Origin: an uncultured virus (IMG/VR IMGVR_UViG_3300044715_001089)
Taxonomy: Duplodnaviria; Heunggongvirae; Uroviricota; Caudoviricetes
DNA length: 64,000 bases
Strand: one strand, 5' to 3'
Virus record (IMG/VR): IMGVR_UViG_3300044715_001089
Both the position numbers and the translations under genes were made by a program. This document shows positions 42,836 through 54,216 of the stretch, one piece after another. How positions within the stretch are numbered: position 1 is the first letter of the stretch; each line of letters opens with the position of its first letter. Under the pieces are notes generated by a model, which saw only the letters and a list, made by a program, of their open reading frames with translations, was not told where the DNA came from and made no database searches.

Positions 42836-45563
42836 CTTGATTCTCTCTTTCTATAAGAGAAGATATGAAACTTTTTCTTTCTATTTTAACTACTTGCGAA
42901 ATAACATCTTGTGTATCAATATTAAAATCGTTTTTATATGATTCTAATATTTCATCAAGGATAGATTGAACCATAGTAGGTATGGAATCTAATTGGTCTT
43001 TATCTAAAGAACTAAATTTAATGTCATGAAATACAGTGTTATTTATTTGATCTTTAAATAAAATATTGACCGTTTTACCTGCATCCATTCTGGATTGAGT
43101 AACAGTAATATTAATTTTATTTTCAGAATGCCTAGAAGAAAGATTTGTCAAAGAAAGAATCTTACTGTCAGCAGAGTAACCTTGGCAAGAATGTGCTGGC
43201 ATATCAGCGAACAAGTTTTGGTAATAAGGGCAATAAGCAACGCCGCTAGACTTGGCATTTAGTACTGGCTCAGAGCAAATGTCGCCTTTTGATTTATTAG
43301 CATACTGGTATTCATCTGAAGAAAAGCTGCTATGAGGGTTAGTGTAAAACTTACAAGTAGAAACAGAAGAATAGTCTGTTCTAATATTAAAAACTAAATC
43401 AAATCTTAAATAGAAAGATTTGTCTTCAGGGTTAAAAGTTGCCCAGTTAGGAATGCTGTCATTGGGAGAAGGGACATTGGCAAATTTTCCAGGAATTACA
43501 AACTTATTGTATACTTGAAGAAGGCTATCGCTAATAGAAGAAATTGTAGAATATTCTGGAAGATTATAAAACATAAACCCAGTAGCTGTAGTATCCCAGC
43601 GCACAGTGCCAGGAATCATATCTTTGTCTTCAATAAGAATAATGCAGTTTTCTATTGAGCCATCCCAAGGTTGAGTAGGATAGAGAATAGTTTTTTCATC
43701 TTGAACAATGAAATTAGACATAGTAGTTATCTCCAAGTAGTTAGATAATCCTGAACTCGAGCGTTATTCATTGCTTGGTGTTCAAGGGATAAAATAGTAT
43801 TAGTAGTTTGTAGTTCTTGATTTTGGTCAAGAAGGAATTTAATATCTGCTTGTTGGTTATTAACTAAAGCTGTGACGTTAACCATAGCTTCAATAACATG
43901 CTGATATTGTAATGGTTTTAAAAACTGAAGATCGTCTTCGGTGAAAGAAACAGGATTAAGCATAAGGCCTTTGCCTTTTCCAGCACCAATCTGGACAATT
44001 CTAGAAGTTGTTTTCATGTAAGATAAAACATGATTAGATAAGCTAGGAAGCATATCATTAAAGAACTGTTTAATAAAATTATTTTTAGAATAAGGATAGA
44101 GTAAAGAATAATTAGATATGTACTGGTGTTCTGTTAAAGGACTGTAATTTAAGTTATACAAATCCTCATAATAAGAATAAGAATTATCATTATCTTCTAA
44201 TATTATTCTAAGTTCTTCAATCCGGTTATTGACAAGGGCATCATTAACCATTGAGTCTAAAGGAAGAAAGAAATCAGTTCTTTGAGAATCGTTAAAATTA
44301 ATAAAACGATCATTAAACTGTTCTAAAGTATCAATGACTGTAATCATTTTATTACCTCTACTGTGTGTAGTTCTAAGACATTATTTTTAATGAAGAAAGA
44401 AACGGACGAAGATATAACATGCAGGGAAAGCATGTCAGGATGCAAAGATTTAACAAAAGGATAAATCTTATTTAAAGATGGTAGTGTATTAATGAATGGA
44501 TAAGATTCTTTATCTACCAACAGAACACAAGCAGAATTAATTGGGGGTGTCAGTTGACTTTGAGTCAACCACGTCTTCAATGGCTGAGGCAAGTCCTTCA
44601 TTTTCATCGGCCACGAGATCACGAGCACCATCTTTCATAATGTTCAACATTTGTTTTCTACTGTTGTTAAGAGTATCGTGAAAATCTTTTTGTGCTTCAG
44701 ATGTAGCAAACTGGAGTTGACCCATTAAGGCCTCAAGGAATACTGCTTGTTCACCAAAACCAACTATAAGAGTAGCAGACTGCTTCTCATAATCTTCCAT
44801 GGTCTTTTCAATCTGATTTATTTTCTCATCAAACTTAGCAGCAAGTCCTATAACTAATTCGTTAAGAAGTCTTTTAAGTTCTTCTATCTCAGTCAAAGGA
44901 GGAAGTTCAAGAAATTCTTCTTCTATATTTTCCATATCAGACCTCATACCAATCTGATTTATTAGCTACATGAGAAGCCATAGCCAGATCAACCATATAA
45001 GAAATAGAGTGGATATCTTGACGAGTTACTTTAATTGAATCAAAAGAAATAATATTCTTCATATCTGGAATGAAAGCTCCGGACTCAGCCATACGAGCTT
45101 CAAAGTGACCAGTCTTAAATACAAAGTTGTTAGAATCAAAGACATCTCCATTTTGCCAATAATGAGATTTAAATATTCTACTTACTGGTTTGCCATTTAT
45201 TTTAGCACCACCATAAGAAACAAATCCTTCAGCACTAGGTACACCAGTTCTTTCATTGGCTGGATAGCCAAGAGCTGCAGTGCCTGTAGTAATAGCCTTG
45301 AGATAGGCACCAAAGTCTACTACATCAACAAACACATTAGTGCTGCTCATAAGCTTGCCGTCTGAAGAAGTCTTACCAATATCAATACGAAGCTTTAGAC
45401 CCTGAAACCAAGGACGGATTGAAAGAAATCCACTCTGAGTTTTAGAACGAAACCATTTCTTGTATAGATCTTTATCATAAGTTTTTTGAACTTCACCAGT
45501 AGATGCATCAATTGCAGCTTCAGGGTTGTATGAATCATCGTGATAAGAAAATTCTTCAGACAT
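42822..45563 (-). CDS. Five hypothetical proteins within the Ubl operon (42822-43736, 43727-44347, 44344-~44570, 44537-44947, 44937-45563)
   Basis: Overlapping co-oriented ORFs; 44537-44947 looks coiled-coil. Confidence 0.7.
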
Positions 45564-45583
45564 ATTTATCCTTTATATTGTTG

Positions 45584-47206
45584 TTACCATTTAAAGCCAC
45601 TGGCTTTTGCAGGTGCATTTGTTGTTTTAGATTCACCGCTAACTATTAGTTTAGCATCATTAAATTGATCTGTCGAGGCCCAGTCCCATTGCTCTATAGC
45701 AGTGACGTAGAGATCTTGAATCATTTGACGACTCTTATTCCAAAGAATATTTCTCTGCTTCGGAGCATAAGCCAGAATATCACGGGTATTGATTGGACGA
45801 AGTTCGGCAGAAGAAACGTTAAACTTAACTTCTTTAATCAAAGACTTCATCTCTGCACCAGTAAAGTATTGAGTAGCATGAGCTAGCTCTTCAAGATCAA
45901 AAACGTGATCTGTTTTAATTCCTTGAAGATAAATATCAAGGATGGACATACGCTCATTAAAAGAAGGAAGACCAACAAACATGATCTTGTCAAAACGATC
46001 AGCTCGTAGCATTTCTGGTTTAAGATGATCAAGCTGATTGGCAGCACACATCAAGAAGACGTTATCAGGAAGCTCTTGTAAACCAGTAAGGAACTCACCA
46101 TGAACACGGTCAGTAGTACCGCCGTCGACTTGTCCAGAGCTTTGACCACCAGACATGTCTCGACCAAACTCATCAATCCAAACGCACAACGGAGCCATAA
46201 CACTAATCTGTTTAAAGACAGTACGCATGTTTTGCTCTGATTGACCAATGTAAGAATTCATAACTTGGCTAACACCAGTACGAGCAAGATCAAGCCCTAG
46301 TGCATTAGCAGTTGCTTCACAAATAGCTGATTTACCAGTACCGGGAACGCCAACCATAAGAATACGACGGATAGGACTAATCCCAAACTCAGCAGCTTTT
46401 TCTGGATTATGCCAAAGAACAGCGTTGCGAGTAATAAGTTCTTTAATGTTATCAAGACCACCAATATTATCAAAGGTAGTCTTAGGACGAATGATTTCAA
46501 GAATGCCATTCTTTTTAATGTCGGCCATCTTAAAATTATAAATATAATCTGGATCAATCTTTCCATTTTCAAGAACAGAATTAAGACAAACATTAATGAA
46601 ATCAGATTCTGTCAAACCAATTGCGGCTTTAGCAATTGCAGGAAGAGATCCCTGATCAACAAGAGTGTTACCAGAAGAATCATCTATGTGATTAATAATA
46701 GTTGCGAGTTCTTCAAGGTTTGGTTCTTCAAAATCAGAAAGATAAAACATGTTTTTAAAATCTTCTGGACAATCAAACCAAGACATAAACACCAACTGAA
46801 GAGGCATTTGTTCAAGATCATCAGACCAAAAAGCAGAACGATATTGAGTGTTGTTCATGGAGATCAATCCAGAAAACATTTCCATCATTGCTTCTGGTTT
46901 AGTGTAAACAGAATATAAAAATGTAGCAGATTCTTTGTTAGTGTTTAACTGGTCAAGAAGATGAGTGTAAGCTACAGTAAAATCAAAAGTTGTAGTCTCA
47001 CGAAGTTCCTCTGGGTTTTGAGGATCAGGCATTTGGACTAGTATGCTCTTCCATTCATTGTCTATGAACTTAGCATAACCTTTAAGGGGATCTATAGTGT
47101 AGAAAGAGCGTTGATTAAACTTGATAAGAGACTCTGTGGTTCTAGCATAATCAGTAGTCTTAAGCCAAATAGAAGGAACTCCAAGTTTAATTTGGGAGAA
47201 TAGCAT
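45584..47206 (-). CDS. AAA+ ATPase (Ycf46-like, degenerate N-terminal AAA plus active C-terminal AAA)
   Basis: 'IGGLDNIKE', Walker A 'GVPGTGKS', 'YIGQSE', Walker B 'VWIDE', 'LRADRFD', 'FTGAE'. Confidence 0.9.
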   Translation of the reverse strand: MLFSQIKLGVPSIWLKTTDYARTTESLIKFNQRSFYTIDPLKGYAKFIDNEWKSILVQMPDPQNPEELRETTTFDFTVAYTHLLDQLNTNKESATFLYSVYTKPEAMMEMFSGLISMNNTQYRSAFWSDDLEQMPLQLVFMSWFDCPEDFKNMFYLSDFEEPNLEELATIINHIDDSSGNTLVDQGSLPAIAKAAIGLTESDFINVCLNSVLENGKIDPDYIYNFKMADIKKNGILEIIRPKTTFDNIGGLDNIKELITRNAVLWHNPEKAAEFGISPIRRILMVGVPGTGKSAICEATANALGLDLARTGVSQVMNSYIGQSEQNMRTVFKQISVMAPLCVWIDEFGRDMSGGQSSGQVDGGTTDRVHGEFLTGLQELPDNVFLMCAANQLDHLKPEMLRADRFDKIMFVGLPSFNERMSILDIYLQGIKTDHVFDLEELAHATQYFTGAEMKSLIKEVKFNVSSAELRPINTRDILAYAPKQRNILWNKSRQMIQDLYVTAIEQWDWASTDQFNDAKLIVSGESKTTNAPAKASGFKW

Positions 47207-47232
47207 TAGGATACCTTTAAAATAAGTGGGGG

Positions 47233-47318
47233 CCTTTGTAAAAAATGTAAGAGTGGGGGAAGCTGTACTACATCAAGTAAGAAGTTTAGTACATCCTCCC
47301 CCACGATCTTTGCAAGGG
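47233..47318. other. Long imperfect intergenic hairpin
   Basis: Nested inverted repeats CCTTTGTAAA/TTTGCAAGGG, GTGGGGGA/TCCCCCAC and TGTACTA/TAGTACA. Confidence 0.7.
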
Positions 47319-47322
47319 TTAG

Positions 47323-47574
47323 TTAGCCCTTTTCGCCGGCACGGCGATGGAACTCAAGGTTGTCACTTGGCTGAACGACATAGTCTTCGTCAAGCTTATC
47401 CTTGCCCTTGTAAGCAATTGCGTCGTTGGGGATTCCCCACAACTTGCTGAATTGCTCGCGAACTTCTTTAACGCTTTTGCCAGCAACTGGTGTTGGCTGA
47501 CTGTAAACGCCAAATCTGACGTTAGCTACGCCAGAAGAAGACGCAGCCGAAGCTGATGATGATTGATTATTCAT
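47323..47574 (-). CDS. Ubiquitin-like (beta-grasp) protein ending in Gly
   Basis: 83 aa; 'GKSVKEVR...WGIP...LDEDYVVQPSDNLEFHRRAGEKG-stop'; directly after E1. Confidence 0.8.
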   Translation of the reverse strand: MNNQSSSASAASSSGVANVRFGVYSQPTPVAGKSVKEVREQFSKLWGIPNDAIAYKGKDKLDEDYVVQPSDNLEFHRRAGEKG

Positions 47575-47591
47575 AGTAATAGATTCTCCTA

Positions 47592-48356
47592 TTATACTGG
47601 TAGTGGTACTAATTGAACCATACGGTTATATGGTTCTGATTTACCGACGCCGAGATCAAAGTAAATCTCAGACTCTTCGGGGTTTTGGTTGTTCACAATT
47701 GTTTTGTGAATACGACCAAGAATAAAAGCTGCAACTGCCATGTTAGTTGCAAGTAACTGGGTTCCACCATTTACTTCTGCTCGTTCTTGACAAGACATCT
47801 CACCGGGGTTTTTATCTGGTGGACTCTCATACTCTGGATGAAAGGTTACTGGATGCTCAGTAACATCTTTAGCATCTCTGCGTTGATAATGATAGATAGA
47901 ACCAAAAAGGTCATCATCATTGCCACCAGTAAAGACGTCAACATTATCAAGTTTAGATGCCGCATCGAACAAGATTTTGCGTGCAGCAAAGTTATCTACT
48001 ACTGCAAGAACAATATCTCCTTCAGTGATTAGCTCAGAAGCTTTAATCTTTGGAGATTCTTCATCTGTTACTCCAGCAAAGTTATCATCAACAACCCATT
48101 TAGGGACTGGAATAAACATTGTGTTTGGAAATGAAGGAGTAAGTTCCAAAGCTTTAACTGAAGCCTTGTTGCCCATCTGTTTAAAGTTCTGACGTTCTAA
48201 ATTCTTTTGTTCATAGTTATCACCGTCAACAAGAATCAATGCAGAGCCAGGAAATTTCCACTCTAGCATTCGAGCTACGCCTTCAGCAAGCCAAGTGCCA
48301 ATGCCACCGGCACCAACAAGAACTACTCTTCTAGGAGAATTATCTGTATGTGTCAT
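47592..48356 (-). CDS. ThiF/E1-like activating enzyme
   Basis: 'VVLVGAGGIG', 'LVDGD..E.KNLERQ', 'KA', 'VDNFAAR', candidate catalytic 'SC'. Confidence 0.9.
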   Translation of the reverse strand: MTHTDNSPRRVVLVGAGGIGTWLAEGVARMLEWKFPGSALILVDGDNYEQKNLERQNFKQMGNKASVKALELTPSFPNTMFIPVPKWVVDDNFAGVTDEESPKIKASELITEGDIVLAVVDNFAARKILFDAASKLDNVDVFTGGNDDDLFGSIYHYQRRDAKDVTEHPVTFHPEYESPPDKNPGEMSCQERAEVNGGTQLLATNMAVAAFILGRIHKTIVNNQNPEESEIYFDLGVGKSEPYNRMVQLVPLPV

Positions 48357-50040
48357 AAATACCGCTATCTATATCGTTAGCAACCTTGGAAAAATCAACC
48401 CAAGAATCACAGCCATCTATTGCTTTGGATGGCAACTGTTGTGTAGAAATAAATTCAATAATGTTGTTTCTATAAGAATCACATTCAGGAAGACAATAGA
48501 AAGCACATGTTTGACAAATTGAATCAGCAACATATTTTTCTGTATTGTTTGCTGCTATTTCAAATCTTTCAATGTCTTCCCAGTAAACCGTAGGTGCACA
48601 CTTGCATTCAGTCCATGCTCTGTCAGCAGGACACGCACAACATAATGTTACGTCTTCTGCATAAAAGAACAAGCCATCTGATTCTTTAAGAAGAGATAAG
48701 CCAGCTTGATCAGCATCACCATACTCTTCGAATTCATCTATTCTAGAACCGATTGAAATGTCACGACTATCTAATTCATCTGGTTTAATTTGAATAAGAA
48801 AGTTTTCATTCTTATCGTCTTTACACCAAAGGTAATAGGCACATCCTGTTTCTTTAGAACGATTGACAAGATGATAATTAACTGCAAATTCAATAGATTT
48901 AAGAGAAGCATTTTTAGGAGCTAATGGGATGTCACAAGCTGGACAAAAGCCATGTCCTTCAACGTCTGCTTTAAATAGATATAGTTCACAAGAAGGACAG
49001 GTCATTGAAACATTTGAAGAAGTGTCAATCTCGGCAACGAGTTGACCATCGTATTCATCCATTTGAAAAGGGATTGTTTGCTTACGAGATGGAACAGAAC
49101 GTCCACCGTAATAGTTAATCCCAGTAGTGCCCGTATGTCCCGACACTAGACCCTGAGCCTGACCAGTTGGCAGGGCTTGGGTAGCCTGTGGTGTAACCCC
49201 CGCTTTGTACGGCGGGGGGGATACTTTTTTTACTTTGCCGGACCATTCAACAACTTGAGGATCTGGATCTTTAATTTCAGTAGTGTCTTCAAAGACATCT
49301 TCAATATTCAAAAGATAAGCAGTACCGTTCATTTGCATCTCTGCATGATACTCAGTAGCTCCACCGTTCTTGGTCTTCATCCAGCCGTAGGTGATGTGGA
49401 CCCCATCGAAGTCTGCTTGGTCCTCATGATCGGTCCCAGAGGCGTATGCTGCCATCTCAGGATGACTGTGGACTGAGCCAACAATGATTACATGGTCAGG
49501 TTTAAGATCAACAATGGACTCAGCGTCATACTTGCAGTGTGCTGGAGTATTAGTCTGTTCAGGAACCAAGACACCCCAACCATCAGATGTGTTTACATTA
49601 GGATCAAAAGTTAAGATGACTATAGACTCGGTGCCGTGCTGAGCGTGCACTAATCTAAAGAACTCGTCTAACTTTTTAACAATAACTTTAGGAATCTTTG
49701 GCATGTTGTATGTTGCAGATTCTTCTACTGAAGAAAGAATGTCTTGTCCAAATTCATCATCTGTTTCTGAAACAGAACGACCAATAATGTTATTAACAAC
49801 TTTAAGAACTCGGGCTTTATGAGTAGTCTCAATCCACGTAATTTCTTTAAATTGTTTATCTTTGCCTTTAACTTCTTTATTAATTGCAAGATCAGCGATT
49901 AAGTAATAGATCTGAAAACCTAGAGACTCAACTACTTCACAGATGTCTTCACGGTCAGCCATAAAACATGGTGCTCCGTTAGTCATCCAGAAGTAGTCTA
50001 GATCATCTAGAGTAACTGGTTCTTTAATTTTATTAGACAT
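48340..50040 (-). CDS. JAB/MPN+ metallopeptidase with C-terminal Cys-rich zinc-ribbon region
   Basis: 'E' plus 'GSVHSHP..AAYASGTD..D'; several CxxC pairs downstream. Confidence 0.85.
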   Translation of the reverse strand: MSNKIKEPVTLDDLDYFWMTNGAPCFMADREDICEVVESLGFQIYYLIADLAINKEVKGKDKQFKEITWIETTHKARVLKVVNNIIGRSVSETDDEFGQDILSSVEESATYNMPKIPKVIVKKLDEFFRLVHAQHGTESIVILTFDPNVNTSDGWGVLVPEQTNTPAHCKYDAESIVDLKPDHVIIVGSVHSHPEMAAYASGTDHEDQADFDGVHITYGWMKTKNGGATEYHAEMQMNGTAYLLNIEDVFEDTTEIKDPDPQVVEWSGKVKKVSPPPYKAGVTPQATQALPTGQAQGLVSGHTGTTGINYYGGRSVPSRKQTIPFQMDEYDGQLVAEIDTSSNVSMTCPSCELYLFKADVEGHGFCPACDIPLAPKNASLKSIEFAVNYHLVNRSKETGCAYYLWCKDDKNENFLIQIKPDELDSRDISIGSRIDEFEEYGDADQAGLSLLKESDGLFFYAEDVTLCCACPADRAWTECKCAPTVYWEDIERFEIAANNTEKYVADSICQTCAFYCLPECDSYRNNIIEFISTQQLPSKAIDGCDSWVDFSKVANDIDSGIYDTYR

Positions 50041-50080
50041 AATTTCTCCAATAGTATATTTGTAGTTGTAGTTTTAAATT

Positions 50081-52003
50081 TTAAAAAGGTTCTGGACTGT
50101 AATCTGAACCGTCAGTATTGAACAATTCAAATGTAGTAGAATATTGTGGATGAAGGTCGTAGTAAACTGAACTCAAAGCTCTGTAATAATAATGAGTATG
50201 AGTAAACAAAGATTTAACAGGATCATCTAAATCATATTTAGAGTTTAAACATCCTTGACAAACTTCTTTTATTTTAAGAATTATTTCATCGCCTTTAGAA
50301 TTAACAAAAGGAGTAGAGACAAAAGGCATTATCGAAATATTACTCTTGTCAGTCCAATGTCCAGAAGGACAATAGTGTTGTTTCTTTGCACATTGTAAAC
50401 AAAACTTTTGACTGGCTAAAGTAAACGTAGAAATATCAATTTCAATGTCTTCCCAAAAGTTAGCGTTATGATGAAACAAAGAAGGAACGCTTACATAAGT
50501 GTGAGCAAGCTCAGGAACATCCACAAATATACCAACATTACAACCAGAACATACAGCATGGTTCTTAGTGTAAACAGGCTTTTTACTGTAAGGGTTTAAT
50601 CCAGAAGGAAGAAGATCAGGAAGATGTTCAGCTGCTTGTTCGTTAAAACATGATGGACAACAATCAACTAAATCAACGTCTTCTTTTTGCGATTGAAACT
50701 GATAGAACGGAAATGATTCAGTAGAATCTTTAGTGATCCAATAAGACATGTCGCAATGGTTACATTCTTTTATAGTTGCTTTCTTGGCATCTACATAATA
50801 AGAATAAGCTTCCATGTAAACAGCATCATCATCTTCTGCATGAAGATAAGTATCTACGTTTTCACAATAAACCCAATTTTCTTGGAAGCAACTTTGACAC
50901 CAGTTAGATCCTTTAGGATCAGCAAAGAACTCTTCATTATCTTCAGAATAAGATTCTTCACATCCTGGGCAAGTAAACGTGTTATCATTATCATCGTCTG
51001 GTGAATTGAATAGCGAAGGTTGTACAAAAGTTTCTGCAATCTTTACCTTGCTTAAAGCAGCAGCATTAAACTGATCTAGCTTTTGAGGTTCAGTTTTAGC
51101 AGAGTTGTGAGCTTGTACAAAGACATTAAATACTTGGTCTGTAGGAATATCAATATCAGTACGAGCAAAAGCGTTGATAAGCTTAGGGTGATAGTTATCA
51201 TTGTAGTAAGAATTATAGTTACCTAACAAAGCCATTGCAAATGTTAATGGTTGACCATCATCGTAGTGCTTGTCTTGGTTATCCATATCTTTAACAAGAA
51301 TAGGAATCCACATATCTTCATCAAGAGTCCAGTCTAATCCTTCTTCTTGAGATTTTTCTTGCCAAGCAGATGGGTTCCAAAGGTATTCTGGTTTATTGTT
51401 TTCACGATAAAACCTAGGACCATCAGTCTCTGACATGTTAGCATCGTTGTATGCTTCAATGCCTGAACAACGTTGAATCAACTTATTAACTTTATCGTTA
51501 AAAGAAATGTTAGTCCAGTCTTCATTGTGATACAAGCATTGCCAACCTACACCATTACCACGATAACCCTTGCAGTTAGTGTTAGGAAGGTTGATATGAT
51601 AAAGAGGCTGATCAGGATGGCTGATTGGATAAGGGCTATAGAACATTCTAGCACCGTATAGATTGCCGTCTAAAAGATCTGCTACCCAAATACGATAAGG
51701 CTGAGCAAGCAAATAGGCTTTAGCGTTTCGGTCTCCTTCGTTAGCACCCCAGTTAATGTAAGCCAATGCTGGAGCATGCTGGAAAGCTATCTGAGTATGC
51801 CGTCCTGCAGAACGGATAGAAAGAATTCCAGTTCCATTAAGGGGCAAAAGACCGGTGTCAAATAAAGCCTGGTTAGAAATCTGACGATAATAAGAAGTAA
51901 TATCTTTATCTGTCACATGATCTAAGTTAAAAGATTTTACAGTAGAGCGAGCTACAATAGTTGACTCTGTTTGCTCAATAGAATAGGTTATATTTTTAGA
52001 CAT
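50081..52003 (-). CDS. Prokaryotic E2-like domain fused to multiple CxxC zinc ribbons
   Basis: 'QPYRIW...MFY...LYHINLPNTN...WQCL...YNDAN'; many CxxC pairs in the C-terminal half; first gene of the E2-JAB-E1-Ubl block. Confidence 0.6.
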   Translation of the reverse strand: MSKNITYSIEQTESTIVARSTVKSFNLDHVTDKDITSYYRQISNQALFDTGLLPLNGTGILSIRSAGRHTQIAFQHAPALAYINWGANEGDRNAKAYLLAQPYRIWVADLLDGNLYGARMFYSPYPISHPDQPLYHINLPNTNCKGYRGNGVGWQCLYHNEDWTNISFNDKVNKLIQRCSGIEAYNDANMSETDGPRFYRENNKPEYLWNPSAWQEKSQEEGLDWTLDEDMWIPILVKDMDNQDKHYDDGQPLTFAMALLGNYNSYYNDNYHPKLINAFARTDIDIPTDQVFNVFVQAHNSAKTEPQKLDQFNAAALSKVKIAETFVQPSLFNSPDDDNDNTFTCPGCEESYSEDNEEFFADPKGSNWCQSCFQENWVYCENVDTYLHAEDDDAVYMEAYSYYVDAKKATIKECNHCDMSYWITKDSTESFPFYQFQSQKEDVDLVDCCPSCFNEQAAEHLPDLLPSGLNPYSKKPVYTKNHAVCSGCNVGIFVDVPELAHTYVSVPSLFHHNANFWEDIEIDISTFTLASQKFCLQCAKKQHYCPSGHWTDKSNISIMPFVSTPFVNSKGDEIILKIKEVCQGCLNSKYDLDDPVKSLFTHTHYYYRALSSVYYDLHPQYSTTFELFNTDGSDYSPEPF

Positions 52004-52005
52004 AA

Positions 52006-52640
52006 TCAGCTTTCGTCTAGAATAGATTCAATGTGCTTGTCGATTTCTTCAGAGAAATCACCAAAGGTCCAAGCGAACCAATCAGGATCTTTATGTGCGG
52101 TATCAATTATATTTAACCGAGTTTTAATATGATCAGATCCTTCAATCAAATCAGCAACTCTATCTAGACCTTTAGCTAAACGCTTAAGTTCTTTTTTATC
52201 GTGGCTGGTTTGAAGAATAGCTTTTAGTATAGGCATCCCGTCAACAGTAACCTTATTAACAATAGAATTTATTCTCTCTTCTATTGTAGAAAGTTCAGAC
52301 TCTAGATCTTCTTTAACTTTGTTGGAAAGATTAAGAGAAAAGGTAAACTTATCCAAAGGCTTTTGTTCCTTTGGAATTTGTTCAGGATATTCAGACATTA
52401 AAGCCCCTTAGATAATTGATAAGTTTTTAGCAGAGTTTTGAGTTCTAACGATGACCACCAAACAGTCACAAGACCAACACTAATCTTAGTCATAAGACGA
52501 ACAAGTTGAGTCTCATTAAAAGAAATCTTAGTAGTCATTCCTTGAACATCAAAATAAGATTCTTCAAAGAAATTATTGATTTTGTTTTCTAACATATTAG
52601 CTTTGGCCTTGTTGCTTTGATTCATGGTTTTCCTGTTCAA
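52006..52640 (-). CDS. Two hypothetical proteins (52006-52398, 52398-52640)
   Basis: Co-oriented ORFs abutting the E2 gene. Confidence 0.65.
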
Positions 52641-52664
52641 TGATGATTTATGTTTTGTTTTGGT

Positions 52665-53108
52665 TTAGGAAGATAGCAAAGAAAGTTTTGATTGACGGTA
52701 TTTATTACCGTCTGATCCGAAATAGTTAAAGAACAATTCCAGAAACAAAAGAACAAATAAAGAAGAAAAAGTAAACATATGATATATAAAGTTATTAAAA
52801 ATAACGTTTAAAATAAACAATGCAGAAAACAGAACTCCGGCAATAGCAACGGAAGCTCTGTGCTTGGGTAAGAGATTTTTAACTCTGGTTATACCTATAC
52901 CTATAAAAGGAAGAGGTATAAAGAAAGGATAAGATGCATCTGCTTTAGCTAGTTTAGCAATAAGATAATGACCTAGTTCATGAACCAGTAACATCATAGT
53001 AAAGACAAACACTAAAGGGTTATGGATCAATGTATAGTTGATTGCAGCGAGAGCACCAATAGTACAAAAGCTAACTGTAAAAGATTTAAACTTTTTTCCT
53101 ATAAACAT
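52665..53108 (-). CDS. Site-2 protease (M50)-like membrane protein
   Basis: 'LLVHELGH' within TM segments, 'FFIP', 'IAG', 'SDG'. Confidence 0.7.
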   Translation of the reverse strand: MFIGKKFKSFTVSFCTIGALAAINYTLIHNPLVFVFTMMLLVHELGHYLIAKLAKADASYPFFIPLPFIGIGITRVKNLLPKHRASVAIAGVLFSALFILNVIFNNFIYHMFTFSSLFVLLFLELFFNYFGSDGNKYRQSKLSLLSS

Positions 53109-53110
53109 AT

Positions 53111-54200
53111 CTATATTTCTTCATTTGGATCAAATACAATCAAATGTTCATCATTTTTAATAACCCCAGATTCAGTCATCTGATATTCATAACCTTCGTC
53201 ATCATCTTCAATATCTCGGTATTTTGGTTGACCAGTTTCGGAATCTAATAACACAATTTGGGATTCTACTAAAGAAATTTTATTGTTTTTTATTCTTGCT
53301 ACCTGTGAAGCAACTGTCATAAGAAGTTCAGCCATGTGGTAGCAATCAGTAACTTCAAGAGTTAAAAGAACTGAAACATATTCTTTTTGTTCAACGGGTA
53401 TTATTACGGCTTCTGACATATTTTAAAACTTTCTGTTATATATCTAGATCTTCTAAGTTCTTAACTCTTACAAAGGTCTTTATTGATTCAGATAATACTT
53501 CTGTAAGGATAGTCTTAAGTTCTTGATTATCCATAATGGCAAGAGAGAATTGATTAGAAGAAAATGTTTCATAGTCAATTGGAGAAAGAGCTCCTCCACT
53601 AACCTCTTTCATTATTGAGTCATCAAATGGAAGATCTAAGTACTGAGCTAGAGCTTTGTAATGAGAGAAGCATTCTAAAATAGTAAACTGGTTTATATTA
53701 AAGTAAGATGCAAAGTAAGTAGTCACAAAATTAGGATCAACTGAAGAACCAATTTTATTAACTAGTTGTTCTATTTTTTCTGGAGAATTAACTACTTCTT
53801 GTAAGAATAAATTAACGACTCTCCGCATAGCTAAATCAGATTGAGCTGTATAGTACTTCTCATAAAAAGGAAAAGATTTTTGGTTACCTTTATTAAGAGA
53901 TTCTAAATAAGAATGAAGAGCTTTCTTAAACTGATCATCATGATTAGATTGTATCCATTTAACAGAAGCTCCATAAAAGTTAAGAGCAAGACTAGCAACA
54001 AAGCTAAAAGGTTTCTGTTCATCATCGTCTAATGACAAAGAATCGATAAGGTCTTTCAACTCTTTGTCTGAATCAGAAACTTTATCTTTAACATCTTCTT
54101 TAAAGTTTTTTTGTTCTTTAGGTTTAGAACTAGTTAAAGTTTTTTCTTCATCAAAGATGTCATCATCGTTATCGTTAAAAGAATAGTTGTGCATACACAC
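53111..54200 (-). CDS. Two hypothetical proteins (53111-53419, 53436-54200)
   Basis: 102- and 254-aa ORFs. Confidence 0.7.
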
Positions 54201-54216
54201 TCCAGAATAGTTGTAC

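Noticed and set aside
47592..48356. ThiF/MoeB role in thiamine or molybdopterin synthesis
   Set aside because: Its neighbours are JAB, E2-like and AAA genes, with no cofactor biosynthesis genes.
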